Shown here: positions 40,886 through 50,148 of the stretch, piece after piece
Numbering within the stretch: position 1 is the first letter of the stretch
How the letters are laid out: every line of letters starts with the position of its first letter
Assembly (NCBI GenBank): GCA_050012255.1
Contig: JBEKHN010000007.1
Span: 45,005 to 109,004, forward strand
Direction: 5' to 3'
Length of the DNA stretch: 64,000 nucleotides
DNA from: Candidatus Bathyarchaeia archaeon
Lineage (GTDB): Archaea; Thermoproteota; Bathyarchaeia; Bathyarchaeales; Bathycorpusculaceae
Notes under the pieces: model-generated
Databases searched by the model: none
The model's input: only the letters and a program-made list of their open reading frames with translations
Told to the model about the DNA's origin: nothing
Made by a program: the position numbers and the translations under genes

Positions 40886-41569
40886 CTAGTGTATTCCACG
40901 TTCTTCAATTCTTAAGTTACAAGTCATTGGAGGAAGCTTTGCCGGGTTCTTTTCTACAGTTGCCTCGATTGCCTGGGGGTTTTCAGTGAGCTTCATAGCA
41001 AGAACCGTGTCGGCCCAGAACTTTACGACTCTCGTGGCAACAGGCGCGATGCTCACAGGAACTTCATTCAGAACGCTGTGAACCTGACTGGTCAACAAAA
41101 CCACAATTCTCTGGGTCCTGGCAGCCTGTGCTAGGCTTGCCAACTGTCTGTTCAGTTCTCGGTTAAGCTCAAACGTTTTTGACGGAGACTCTGCAATCCT
41201 AAGGCGATACAGTGACGTTACGGTGTCGAAGACGACGAGCTTGAAATTCTGGTTTACATAATCAGTCAACTGATCTACGACCATAGTCTGCTCACGAAAA
41301 TCATTCGGCCTGACTAGAATTATCAGTTCCGGAACTTCTTTGGACTGTTCAGGAACGATCTGAGAAAGCCTTTGAGCTGAAAATGTTCTGTCAGAATCCA
41401 CAAAGAGCGTTTTGTAGCCTTGCCTCCCACAGTTTGTGGCACACTGCATGGCTAGTGTTGTTTTTCCAGTTTCAGCTTCGCCATAGATGAGGGCAACGGT
41501 GTCAACTGGGAAACCCCCTTTTAGGAACTCGTCAATTGGTCTGCAATTTGTTGGAATTTTTTTAAGCAT
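40886..41569 (-). CDS. radB: RadB-like RecA-family ATPase
   Basis: IDEFLKGG, YGEAETGKTT, VVFDTVTSLYR; lacks the RadA N-terminal domain. Confidence 0.75.
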   Translation of the reverse strand: MLKKIPTNCRPIDEFLKGGFPVDTVALIYGEAETGKTTLAMQCATNCGRQGYKTLFVDSDRTFSAQRLSQIVPEQSKEVPELIILVRPNDFREQTMVVDQLTDYVNQNFKLVVFDTVTSLYRLRIAESPSKTFELNRELNRQLASLAQAARTQRIVVLLTSQVHSVLNEVPVSIAPVATRVVKFWADTVLAMKLTENPQAIEATVEKNPAKLPPMTCNLRIEERGIH

Positions 41570-41650
41570 GTCCGTGCACGTCAACAGATATAAACGGCCG
41601 AATTATAATGTGTTTTTGTGTTCAAAAGTCCTGAGCGCCCGGATAGTTGT

Positions 41651-42304
41651 ATGAAAGCGAAAATAGCGGTGGCAACAGTTTCAGGGAAAGCCTACTTTCT
41701 TATCGTAAGCGAGCTTAAGAGGAGGAATGTTTCTTTTCTAAGCTTAACTCCATGCGAACCTGTTCCAATAGAGATCAAAGTTGTCATAACCACCGAAGGG
41801 GAAAAGGAATTGATAAACCATGAAGAAGTACTGGCCTACAAGAATGGAATGGAGACAGCAGCATTCATAAACGAAGCCCTGCAAATTGTTCAGGGAAAAG
41901 GATCGTTTGAAAAAGTGACTATAGGTGTCGACCCAGGTGAGGTTTTTGGACTAGCAGTTCTAGCAGATGGCAGAGTGGTTGAAACAGGAAACTGTTACAG
42001 CGTAGAAGAGACTCTGCATAAAATAGAGACGATAATCAGGGGCCTCAAGAACACTCCAGTCTCAACGATTTCAGTAAAGGTCGGCGATGGAGTTCCTGCG
42101 TGCAAAGAAAGACTCTTGCGAGACTTGGACAACGCACTGCCCCCCAACGTGGTGCTAGAAAGCGTAAGAGAAGCTGGTACAAACCGTCGTCTCAACGAAG
42201 CGAAACACAGAAGAGGCTTAAGAGATATTGTTTCGGCGATTCAGATAGCAGGGAGAAACGGACATTTGTTTCAAAGGAGGAAGCCAGGTGAATCGCACAG
42301 TTGA
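41651..42304 (+). CDS. Conserved archaeal protein with RNase H-like (YqgF-like) domain
   Basis: IGVDPGE.FGLAV, KVGDG, V.E.GT, DIVSAIQIA. Confidence 0.7.
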   Translation: MKAKIAVATVSGKAYFLIVSELKRRNVSFLSLTPCEPVPIEIKVVITTEGEKELINHEEVLAYKNGMETAAFINEALQIVQGKGSFEKVTIGVDPGEVFGLAVLADGRVVETGNCYSVEETLHKIETIIRGLKNTPVSTISVKVGDGVPACKERLLRDLDNALPPNVVLESVREAGTNRRLNEAKHRRGLRDIVSAIQIAGRNGHLFQRRKPGESHS

Positions 42305-43604
42305 AAATGGCAGGACTCTTCTAGTTGACGGCCCGGCCTCGGTCACTCTGAGTTCAGGCAAAGTAGAAGTTTTCGGGTCAGCGATAAGTGAAAAGGGTAA
42401 AGTTGTTATACGTGAAGGCAAGAGGCTGCCTTTTGCAGTTCAGGAAAGGGCTGTTCTTGACATTTCATTAGGAGAAAACGCAGCAGTCGAAGAAGTTGAT
42501 GGCAACACTATCCCCTCATCCTGGATTGAATCAGCTCAGGAGCTTCTGGACCTGCAAACCAGACCTGTAACGGCGATGATCTTCGGGAATGCGGACTCTG
42601 GAAAAACAGGTTTTTGCACGTACCTATTGAACAGAGTCTTACGTGAAAAACGTAAAGTCGCAGTTTTGGACGGAGACTTGGGTCAGTCAGACGTTGGGCC
42701 ACCGTCAACTGTCGCCTACGCTTTTGTGAATAAAGCAGTAACCGACCTCTTCAACCTTCAAGCAAAAAACGCGTTCTTCATTGGCGAAACGTCACCAGGC
42801 AACGCTGTAGACAAGATGATCGAAGGTCTTTCCTTGCTGAAGAAAGAGATCATGGCTACCAATCCTGAGTTCTTGGTCATAAACACTGACGGCTGGGTCG
42901 AAGGAGAATGCGCCGTTGCGTACAAACTCAAACTTGCTGAGGAACTTGAGCCTGGAGTGATTTTTTGCATCCGCCAAACAGATGAACTAGCACCGCTCCT
43001 GACCGCCCTTGAAAAATTCAAAAAAGTCACTGTTGAATCTCCTGTCGCAATAAGGCGAAGAGACAGCGAAAGACGCAAGACCCTTCGCGAACTCGGATAC
43101 AAGAAATACTTAAGAAACCCAAGAGTTCAGTCACTTTCGTTGAGCTGGCTGAAAGTTGAGGGAAACGATTCTTTTGGCTTAACTAAGCCTCACATGAACA
43201 ATAGGGAAGCAAGAAGAATATGCGATCTCCTCGGAATGAAGCCCTTGCAACTATCAGAACTAAGTGATAGAATCAGCATAGTCATTGGTAGAAGACGCTG
43301 GATCAGCTCGGACAACATAAAGAAGGTTGAGCAGGCAACCAAAAAGAGGGTTGTGGTAACCAGAAAAGGCGAAGAAGAAAGGTTGCTCGCAGCTTTGTAT
43401 GACGACAAGAGAAGATTTCTCGGCATCGGCATCTTGCAGGAAGTCGACTACCTTAGGAAGGCCTTGAAAGTTATCACCCCTGTGTCTGAAGAAGCGTCAA
43501 TCCTTGTCTTGGGAAAGGTGAAGCTTGACAAGAACATGAAAGAGATTTCCCTGACTGCTGAAGAAAACAACTTAGACTTTTCGTCTTTCAAGAAACTTTT
43601 TTAA
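42288..43604 (+). CDS. Clp1/Grc3/Nol9 polynucleotide 5'-kinase
   Basis: GNADSGKT, DGDLGQSDVGPP, INTDGW, RR..R lid. Confidence 0.9.
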   Translation: MNRTVENGRTLLVDGPASVTLSSGKVEVFGSAISEKGKVVIREGKRLPFAVQERAVLDISLGENAAVEEVDGNTIPSSWIESAQELLDLQTRPVTAMIFGNADSGKTGFCTYLLNRVLREKRKVAVLDGDLGQSDVGPPSTVAYAFVNKAVTDLFNLQAKNAFFIGETSPGNAVDKMIEGLSLLKKEIMATNPEFLVINTDGWVEGECAVAYKLKLAEELEPGVIFCIRQTDELAPLLTALEKFKKVTVESPVAIRRRDSERRKTLRELGYKKYLRNPRVQSLSLSWLKVEGNDSFGLTKPHMNNREARRICDLLGMKPLQLSELSDRISIVIGRRRWISSDNIKKVEQATKKRVVVTRKGEEERLLAALYDDKRRFLGIGILQEVDYLRKALKVITPVSEEASILVLGKVKLDKNMKEISLTAEENNLDFSSFKKLF

Positions 43605-43892
43605 AGAAATACGATGGCCAGAACGTTCAGAAGCCGTAGAAAACTGAATTCTTTTTCGACTGGCATGGCCTTAAGCCAAAGCGCGCGCTATTACGTCTGG
43701 ATCGAATTTGGTTCGCCGAGCTGGGATATGGGTGATTCCTGGACCGTTTTGGGGCCAGTCGACGTCATGCGGTACGATAGCACGCGCGTTCTCGCGGATA
43801 AGAGCGGCGAGGTCGATTCCAAATTGGGTCCCTTGTTGTTTTGTCGACGGTTCTGCTCCGAAGAAAGAACGCGCGCCCACAAGCGTCTTGTT

Positions 43893-44555
43893 TTAGCTCC
43901 ATAGATGTCTCGATGGGCAAAGCCTGGCTAAAGGGCATTCCTTGCACAGCGGAGTTTTTGCTTTGCAGTACTTTCTCCCGTGTAAAATCAACAATGTGTG
44001 AACAGCCAGGTAGTCTTTTGGATCGTAGATCGACTGAAGAGCTCCACGCACAGTTTCGTAGTCTGCCACTCGAGGAGCCAGGCCCAGCCGTTTGGATACT
44101 CTGTTAACGTGCGTATCAACGGGCACTGTTGGTTTTTTGGCGCTGAACAGCAATAAAACGTCTGCTGTTTTGGGTCCGACGCCGGGAAGTTGCAACAGTC
44201 CTTCTCTTGCCTCATCGAGAGGCTTCGACAAGATTTATGCTAGGTTACCGTTGTATTTCTTGAGTATTATCCTTGAGACTTGTTGTATCGCCCGAGCTTT
44301 GTTGTGGTACAGGCCAGCAACTTTCAAGCAGTTTTCGATCTGTTTGATTTCAGCGTCTGCGAGGGTTTCGGGAGTTATTCGGAACTTGTTCGAGAGGTTT
44401 TCGAAGGCTCTTGCGGTGTTCTTGTCGTTGGTGTTTTGTGAAATGATCGTTGCAATCAACGTTGCGAAGGGGTTCCGAGTCGCGGTCGTCCATGTTGCCA
44501 TCGCAAACGTGGTGCGAAGTATTCTGAGGATTGTTTCGGCACGACGGTCGGCCAT
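43893..44555 (-). pseudogene. nth: Endonuclease III (HhH-GPD, FeS) with one in-frame TAA
   Basis: PFATLIATIISQNT.D, GLYHNKA, TAA at 44235-44237, then LPGVGPKTA, VDTHV, C-x6-C-x2-C-x5-C. Confidence 0.85.
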
Positions 44556-44628
44556 TAGGGAGCCCCGTGTTTTGAAAGTAATAAATAGTGAGTGCTCGAA
44601 GCTACTAATAAGCAATGGAGAGGGAAGG

Positions 44629-45000
44629 TTGGAGCGGGCAAGAGTCTTTAAGGACGAAATAACTGAGCAGAGCACGCGTTTTCTTGCGGTCTATGTGGAA
44701 GCGAAGAATTCATGTTTGGTAATGCTGAGTGAGAGGGAAGACAAGCTTGGGACGCTTGCAATCGCTGTTCCAAGACCGAAGGATTTGCTCGGCCCCCCAT
44801 CGTCATCAGTTCTCCTCGGGGACAAGAACGCGATTTCAGCCCGCATGTTCGCGGAATACTTGGCTGCAAGAAAGGAGAAGATTGCCTTGGTCTCGGTTTA
44901 TCTTGAAACGATGGATGAGACACAGGCGCAGTCAATCTTTAAACGCTTGATAGAGAGGGTTGCCCACGAGCAGCCGCAGAAGGAGGCATCTGGCGCATGA
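44629..45000 (+). CDS. Proteasome assembly chaperone 4 (PAC4/PSMG4)-like protein
   Basis: TTG start; KLGTLAIAVP...SSSVLLG...ARMFAEYLA...ALVSV pattern. The longer 44092 ORF is antisense overlap with nth. Confidence 0.6.
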   Translation: MERARVFKDEITEQSTRFLAVYVEAKNSCLVMLSEREDKLGTLAIAVPRPKDLLGPPSSSVLLGDKNAISARMFAEYLAARKEKIALVSVYLETMDETQAQSIFKRLIERVAHEQPQKEASGA

Positions 45001-46343
45001 GCCTCAGAGACTTTCTCAAACAAATGGAAAAAGAAAGGGAGGTTTTGCACGTAAAGGATGAGGTCTCGTCACGCTTTGAAATGGCGTACGTCATGAAGAG
45101 CTTTGATGTCGAAGGTCCAATTCTGCTTTTTGAGAACGTGAAGGATCATGCGATGAGGGTTGTTGCTAACGTCTCGGGGACTAGAGAGAGAATTTACAGA
45201 GCGCTCAATGTTGGCCATGATGAGCTTTATGGAAGACTGACGGCTGCTTGGCGCTTGCCGAGTAAACCCAACAAGGTCAAGAATGCTGCAGTTAAAGAGT
45301 GTAAAGAGAAAGATGTTGACTTATCGAGGATTCCTGTTCTTACTCACTTTGAGAAGGACGCGGGGCCTTACATCACTTCGGCAGTTGTGCATGCTAGAAG
45401 CCTCGAGGGAGAGGTCGAGAACGTGTCAGTGCATCGCCTTCAGGTCTTGGACAGAAAGCACTTGGCGATTCGTCTGGTGCCCCGGCATCTCTTCAAATTG
45501 TGGCGAATGGCAAAAGAGGCTGGAAAAGACCTTGACGTAGCGATCTCTGTCGGCGTTCACCCAGCAGTTTTGCTGGCAGCTTCTTGTCCTCTGCCCTTCG
45601 GCGTGAGCGAGTATGGCGTTGCAAACGCCTTGTTGGACAACAACCTCAAGCTGACTGAGTGTGAGCAAGTGAACGCTTGTTCCCCAGCTGAGGCTGAACT
45701 TGTCTTGGAAGGAAGAATCTCGGCGACGAAAGAGGTTGCGGAGGGCCCGTTTGTCGATGTCACTGGAACTTATGATGTGCAGAGAAAGCAGCCGGTTGTA
45801 GACATCGTAGGTCTTACGCACAGACGGGAATATGTGTATCAAGCGCTTCTCTCCTCTGGAGCTGAGCACAGGCTTCTGATGGGGTTGCCTCACGAAGTGC
45901 TGATCTGGGAAGCAGTTTCGAAGGTTGTACCGAGGGTTTGCGCAGTAAACCTGTCAGCCGGTGGAAGTGGGTGGCTTCACGCTGTGATCTCTGTTGAGAA
46001 GCAACTGGAAGGTGATGGGAAGAACGCTTTGTTGGCGGCCTTTGCGGCGCATCCGAGTTTGAAGCATGCGGTAGTCGTGGATTCTGACATTGACGTGTGT
46101 GACGTTTCAGACGTGGAGTGGGCTGTTGCGACGCGTTTTCAAGGAAGTGAAGACTTGATCGTGATGGAGAACGTGCGCGGTTCAAGTTTGGACCCTTCAG
46201 CGGATCAGGAGAGGGTCTTGACTGCGAAAGTGGGCTTCGACGCCACTAAACCTTTGGGGAAGCCGAGAGAGAAGTTTGAAAAAGCGAGGATTCCGGCTGG
46301 CGATAGCGCTGAAAAGATCGTTCGCAGGTTGCGTCGAGCATGA
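44997..46343 (+). CDS. UbiD family decarboxylase (possible anhydromevalonate phosphate decarboxylase)
   Basis: DAGPYIT, NVSVHR, EGPFVDVTG.YD, VVDSDID...VEWAVATR. Confidence 0.9.
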   Translation: MSLRDFLKQMEKEREVLHVKDEVSSRFEMAYVMKSFDVEGPILLFENVKDHAMRVVANVSGTRERIYRALNVGHDELYGRLTAAWRLPSKPNKVKNAAVKECKEKDVDLSRIPVLTHFEKDAGPYITSAVVHARSLEGEVENVSVHRLQVLDRKHLAIRLVPRHLFKLWRMAKEAGKDLDVAISVGVHPAVLLAASCPLPFGVSEYGVANALLDNNLKLTECEQVNACSPAEAELVLEGRISATKEVAEGPFVDVTGTYDVQRKQPVVDIVGLTHRREYVYQALLSSGAEHRLLMGLPHEVLIWEAVSKVVPRVCAVNLSAGGSGWLHAVISVEKQLEGDGKNALLAAFAAHPSLKHAVVVDSDIDVCDVSDVEWAVATRFQGSEDLIVMENVRGSSLDPSADQERVLTAKVGFDATKPLGKPREKFEKARIPAGDSAEKIVRRLRRA

Positions 46344-46388
46344 GTGGAGGTGACTTGTTTGGCGGGGGAGAAGAAGAGGGAAGGAGAC

Positions 46389-46847
46389 GTGTCTCTTAGA
46401 GTTGAGGACGTCATGGTGAAGGAGGTCATCACCATAGACGAAGACTTGACTGTGAAAGAGGCTGCGGAGATCATGAACAAGTTTGAGATCGGCTGCGTGA
46501 TCGGCGTGAGAAGAGGGAAGGCCATGGGAATACTGACTGAACGAGACGTGCTGAAAAGGGTGGTTGCAGAGGGCAAAGATGCTGGTAAGATTAAGGTAAG
46601 AGATGCCATGACGAGTCCTCTGGTTATCGCTGAGCCGGGCATGGACCTCGGGGAAGCGGTGAAGCTGATGTTTCAGATGAAGATCAAGAAACTGCCCGTG
46701 GTTGATGGAAAACGCCTCGTGGGCTTGGTGAGTCTGACGGATATAGCTCGTTTTCAGCCTCAGATGATCACTATACTGAAGCAGCTTGCAGCGAGACAGA
46801 CACCACCGAAAAGCATGCAGAAAGTCATCGACCGCTACGTTGTATAG
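46389..46847 (+). CDS. CBS domain pair protein
   Basis: VEDVM...GILTERD...MTSP...LPVV...GLVSLTD. Confidence 0.9.
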   Translation: MSLRVEDVMVKEVITIDEDLTVKEAAEIMNKFEIGCVIGVRRGKAMGILTERDVLKRVVAEGKDAGKIKVRDAMTSPLVIAEPGMDLGEAVKLMFQMKIKKLPVVDGKRLVGLVSLTDIARFQPQMITILKQLAARQTPPKSMQKVIDRYVV

Positions 46848-46902
46848 ACAAACGCTCATGGTCTCTGTTCCGATTCCAAGCGAGCGCGCGCACATGAGCG
46901 CT

Positions 46903-47082
46903 ACATCCCTGTATTCGCGTTTTCACCCCGTCTATTTCACCCTCCCCCTCCCCCCTAGGGTACTAGTACTGCACGTAGGCTTTCGTGAAGGCCCTAGTGG
47001 ATTTGTATGGGCTTGAAGCTGAGCGCGTGCCGAGCGCTCAGCAGAGGGTCTGGGAAAGGGTCGTAACTTTTCAATGCACTGT
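46903..47082. repeat. Dispersed intergenic repeat, copy B
   Basis: Core near-identical to 10212-10277 with a 6-bp insertion in the C-tract; weaker similarity continues to about 47082. Confidence 0.9.
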
Positions 47083-47289
47083 CTTGAAGTTGCCTTCTGG
47101 TTTCACGATCCAGCTGAGACCTTGCCAAGACGCACGTCACTGCCGCCTGAGGTGCGAGACTTCCCGCGCAGGTGTTTGACAAGAGCTCTTTATGGTCGAA
47201 TATTTGCCGCTTGGACGATGAAGTGCCTGAGCTTTTCAGGTTTCTTTCGGAAAGAAGTTTAAATGCGCAGTTTTCACTTTATGGTTTGG

Positions 47290-48348
47290 ATGAAGAAGAC
47301 AATAACGCTGAAAGTGGACCCTCAGGAACCCGACATGGAAAAGATTCGCATAGCGGCGGGTTTCGTTCGAAGAGGCGGGTTAGTGGCTTTTCCCACCGAA
47401 ACCGTGTATGGTCTTGGGGCGGATGCCTTGAACACGAAGGCTGTTCAGGCCCTTTTTGAGGCGAAGAAGCGTCCACTCGACAACCCTCCGATCGTGCATG
47501 TAGGTCATGTAAGGGATGTTCGCAGGTTGGTTGAAGACGTTTCCTCTGACGGGGAGAAGCTGATGAGAGAGTTCTGGCCTGGACCGCTAACGTTGATTTT
47601 CAGACGCTCGAAGATTGTGCCGGACGTGACTGTTGCTGGGTTGGACACGATTGCGATAAGAATGCCGAGGCACAATGTTGCTTTGGCCCTGATCAGGATA
47701 AGCAACTGCCCAATTTCGGCGCCGAGCGCAAATCTCGCGGGAAAGCCGAGTCCAACGTTGGCAAGGCATGTTTTAGATGACCTTAACGGTAGAATAGACG
47801 CCGTTTTGGATGCTGGACCGACAAACATAGGAGTGGAGTCTACCGTTCTGGACTTAACTGTTAACCCGCCCCAGGTGCTGCGTCCAGGCGGAACGCCTTT
47901 TGAATTGTTGAAGAAGGCTCTTGGCAGAGTGGAGCTTAATCCAGTCGTCACAGCTGAGAAGCAGTTGCCAGTTGAGAAGGCTCGTTCGCCAGGGGTCAAG
48001 CATAAGCATTATGCTCCTGACGCTGATGTTGTGGTTGTTGAGGGGGAATTGCCCGCTGTAGTTGAAGAAGTTGTCGAGTTGACGAAGTTCTACAAGCGCA
48101 GAGGGAGCACGGTCGGCGTTCTTTGCACGGATGAGACCACTCAGTACTACGATGCAGATGTTGTGAAGTCTCTCGGGAGCAGAAGCGATTTGGCCAGCGT
48201 CGCTCGGAACCTGTTCAGGCTTCTGAGGGAGTTTGACCTGGAAAAAGTGGACGTGATCGTCGCGGAAGGCTTGCCACTTGAAGGGTTAGGGCTTGCTGTC
48301 ATGAACAGGCTTCGCAAGGCTGCCGGATACAACATTGTCAAAGCATAA
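47290..48348 (+). CDS. sua5: Threonylcarbamoyl-AMP synthase Sua5
   Basis: AFPTETVYGLGA, KRPLDNPPIVH, APSAN..GKPSPT, SPG.K.KHYAP. Confidence 0.96.
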   Translation: MKKTITLKVDPQEPDMEKIRIAAGFVRRGGLVAFPTETVYGLGADALNTKAVQALFEAKKRPLDNPPIVHVGHVRDVRRLVEDVSSDGEKLMREFWPGPLTLIFRRSKIVPDVTVAGLDTIAIRMPRHNVALALIRISNCPISAPSANLAGKPSPTLARHVLDDLNGRIDAVLDAGPTNIGVESTVLDLTVNPPQVLRPGGTPFELLKKALGRVELNPVVTAEKQLPVEKARSPGVKHKHYAPDADVVVVEGELPAVVEEVVELTKFYKRRGSTVGVLCTDETTQYYDADVVKSLGSRSDLASVARNLFRLLREFDLEKVDVIVAEGLPLEGLGLAVMNRLRKAAGYNIVKA

Positions 48349-48402
48349 ATTCTTTTCAGGAGAGCGCAGCAGACTGTGAACTGCCCAAACCTGAGACTTC
48401 CC

Positions 48403-50064
48403 CTACTTAAGCATGGGCATCTTGATGCTCTTCTCTTTGGCCATCTTTTGCGCGTTCTCGTAGCCCGCGTCTGCGTGGCGAACTATGGCCAACCCTGGGT
48501 CGGTCGTCAGCACAGTGACCAATCTTTTCTCCATTTCCTTAGTTCCATCCGCAACCAAGCACATGCCAGCGTGAATACTGTAGCCTATTCCAACACCCCC
48601 ACCGTGATGTACGCTTACCCACGTGGCGCCGCCGACAGCGTTTATCAAAGCGTTGAGTATAGGCCAGTCGGCGATTGCGTCACTGCCGTCTTTCATGCCC
48701 TCGGTCTCGCGGTTTGGTGAAGCCACGCTTCCGCCGTCCAAGTGGTCGCGGCCTATCCAAACGGGCCCCGAGATATCTCCGTTCGCCACCATGGTGTTGA
48801 TGGTTTTTCCAAACCTTGCGCGTTCACCGAAGCCGAGCCAGCAGACCCGTGCTGGTAAGCCTTGAAACTTCACCTGTTCTTTGGCTTTTCTTATCCAGCG
48901 GCACAATTCTTTGTTGTATGCGAAGTCTTTCAGAATGATGTCATCGAGCTTGTAGACGTCGTCTTCGCTGCCGACGAGTGACGCCCAACGGAACGGGCCC
49001 TTGCCCTCGCAGAACTTGGGCCGTATGTATCGCATCACGAAACCCGGGTACGAGAAGGCATCTTTATAACCGGCTTGGTAGGCCTGTTCTCGCAGGTTGT
49101 TGCCGTAATCAAAAGTAACCGCTCCTTTGCGCATCATTCTGACCATGGTCTCAACTTGCAGACGCATGCTTGAACCTGCACGTCGACAGTATTCTTTCGG
49201 GTCGCTCTTTCGCAGCTCGTCTGCATCTTCCTTGCTCAGACCGGCGGGGTAGTAGCCGTTCAGCGGATCATGTGCGCTAGTCTGGTCAGTCAGGACGTCA
49301 GGTATGATGCCTCGTTTCAAAAGTTCAGGATGCACCTCCGCAGCGTTGCCCAGCAGGCCGATGCTTCTTGGAACGCCCTGTTTCTTCGCTTCCAAGGCAA
49401 GGTTCACAGCTTCGTCCAGGCTGTCTGTCCATGTTTCCAAGTATTTGTGCTTGCACCTGCGGTCAATTGCGCGTTTGTCTATCTCAACGACGAGCGCAAC
49501 GCCCTCGTTCATCGTGACCGCCAGAGGCTGAGCTCCGCCCATCTCACCCAGGCCTGCCGTCAACACAAGCTTTCCGCGCAGGCTTCCACCGAAGTGTTCT
49601 TTGGCGACTTCCGCCAAGGTTTCGTAAGTGCCCTGAAGGATGCCCTGCGTTCCAATGTAGGCCCAAGACCCCGCCGTCATCTGCCCATACATGATTAAGC
49701 CTTTCTGCTCCAACTCGTAGAAATAGTCCCAGTTGGCCCACTTTGGCACGAGCATAGCGTTGACTATCAGGGCCCTCGGAGCCCACTCGTGCGTCTTGAA
49801 AACCGCCACAGGCTTGCCGCTTTGGATGAGCATCGTTTCATCGGTTTCGAGTTCGGTTAACGTTTCGACTATGCGGTCGAAACACTCCCAGTTCCGAGCA
49901 GCCCGACCGGTTCCACCGTAAACAATAAGCCTGTCAGGGTCCTTGGCCACGTCGGGGTCAAGAACGTTGCAGAGCATCCGCAGAATTCCTTCGATCTGCC
50001 AGTTCTTGCAATGCAGCTCGTGCCCAGTGAGGCATCGAATAGGTCTAGTGAGCTTGATCAACAT
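48403..50064 (-). CDS. hutU: Urocanate hydratase
   Basis: [47 protein letters not shown]. Confidence 0.97.
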   Translation of the reverse strand: MLIKLTRPIRCLTGHELHCKNWQIEGILRMLCNVLDPDVAKDPDRLIVYGGTGRAARNWECFDRIVETLTELETDETMLIQSGKPVAVFKTHEWAPRALIVNAMLVPKWANWDYFYELEQKGLIMYGQMTAGSWAYIGTQGILQGTYETLAEVAKEHFGGSLRGKLVLTAGLGEMGGAQPLAVTMNEGVALVVEIDKRAIDRRCKHKYLETWTDSLDEAVNLALEAKKQGVPRSIGLLGNAAEVHPELLKRGIIPDVLTDQTSAHDPLNGYYPAGLSKEDADELRKSDPKEYCRRAGSSMRLQVETMVRMMRKGAVTFDYGNNLREQAYQAGYKDAFSYPGFVMRYIRPKFCEGKGPFRWASLVGSEDDVYKLDDIILKDFAYNKELCRWIRKAKEQVKFQGLPARVCWLGFGERARFGKTINTMVANGDISGPVWIGRDHLDGGSVASPNRETEGMKDGSDAIADWPILNALINAVGGATWVSVHHGGGVGIGYSIHAGMCLVADGTKEMEKRLVTVLTTDPGLAIVRHADAGYENAQKMAKEKSIKMPMLK

Positions 50065-50148
50065 GGTTCACCAGTCTCCAAAATATGTAACCGCACTTTA
50101 ATTCTTTGCCCAGTCCTCTCAAGCCCTAAGGGCTGAGGGCGTTCACAT

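Noticed and set aside
43614-43904. 96-aa ORF between clp1 and nth
   Set aside because: No recognisable family; possibly a fragment starting at the GCGCGCGC site, but not supportable as a gene.
18747-44237. Stop-codon reassignment or pyrrolysine readthrough explaining the in-frame TAG/TAA codons
   Set aside because: Inferred residues differ from site to site, both TAG and TAA are involved, frameshifts co-occur, and core genes end normally in TAG and TAA.
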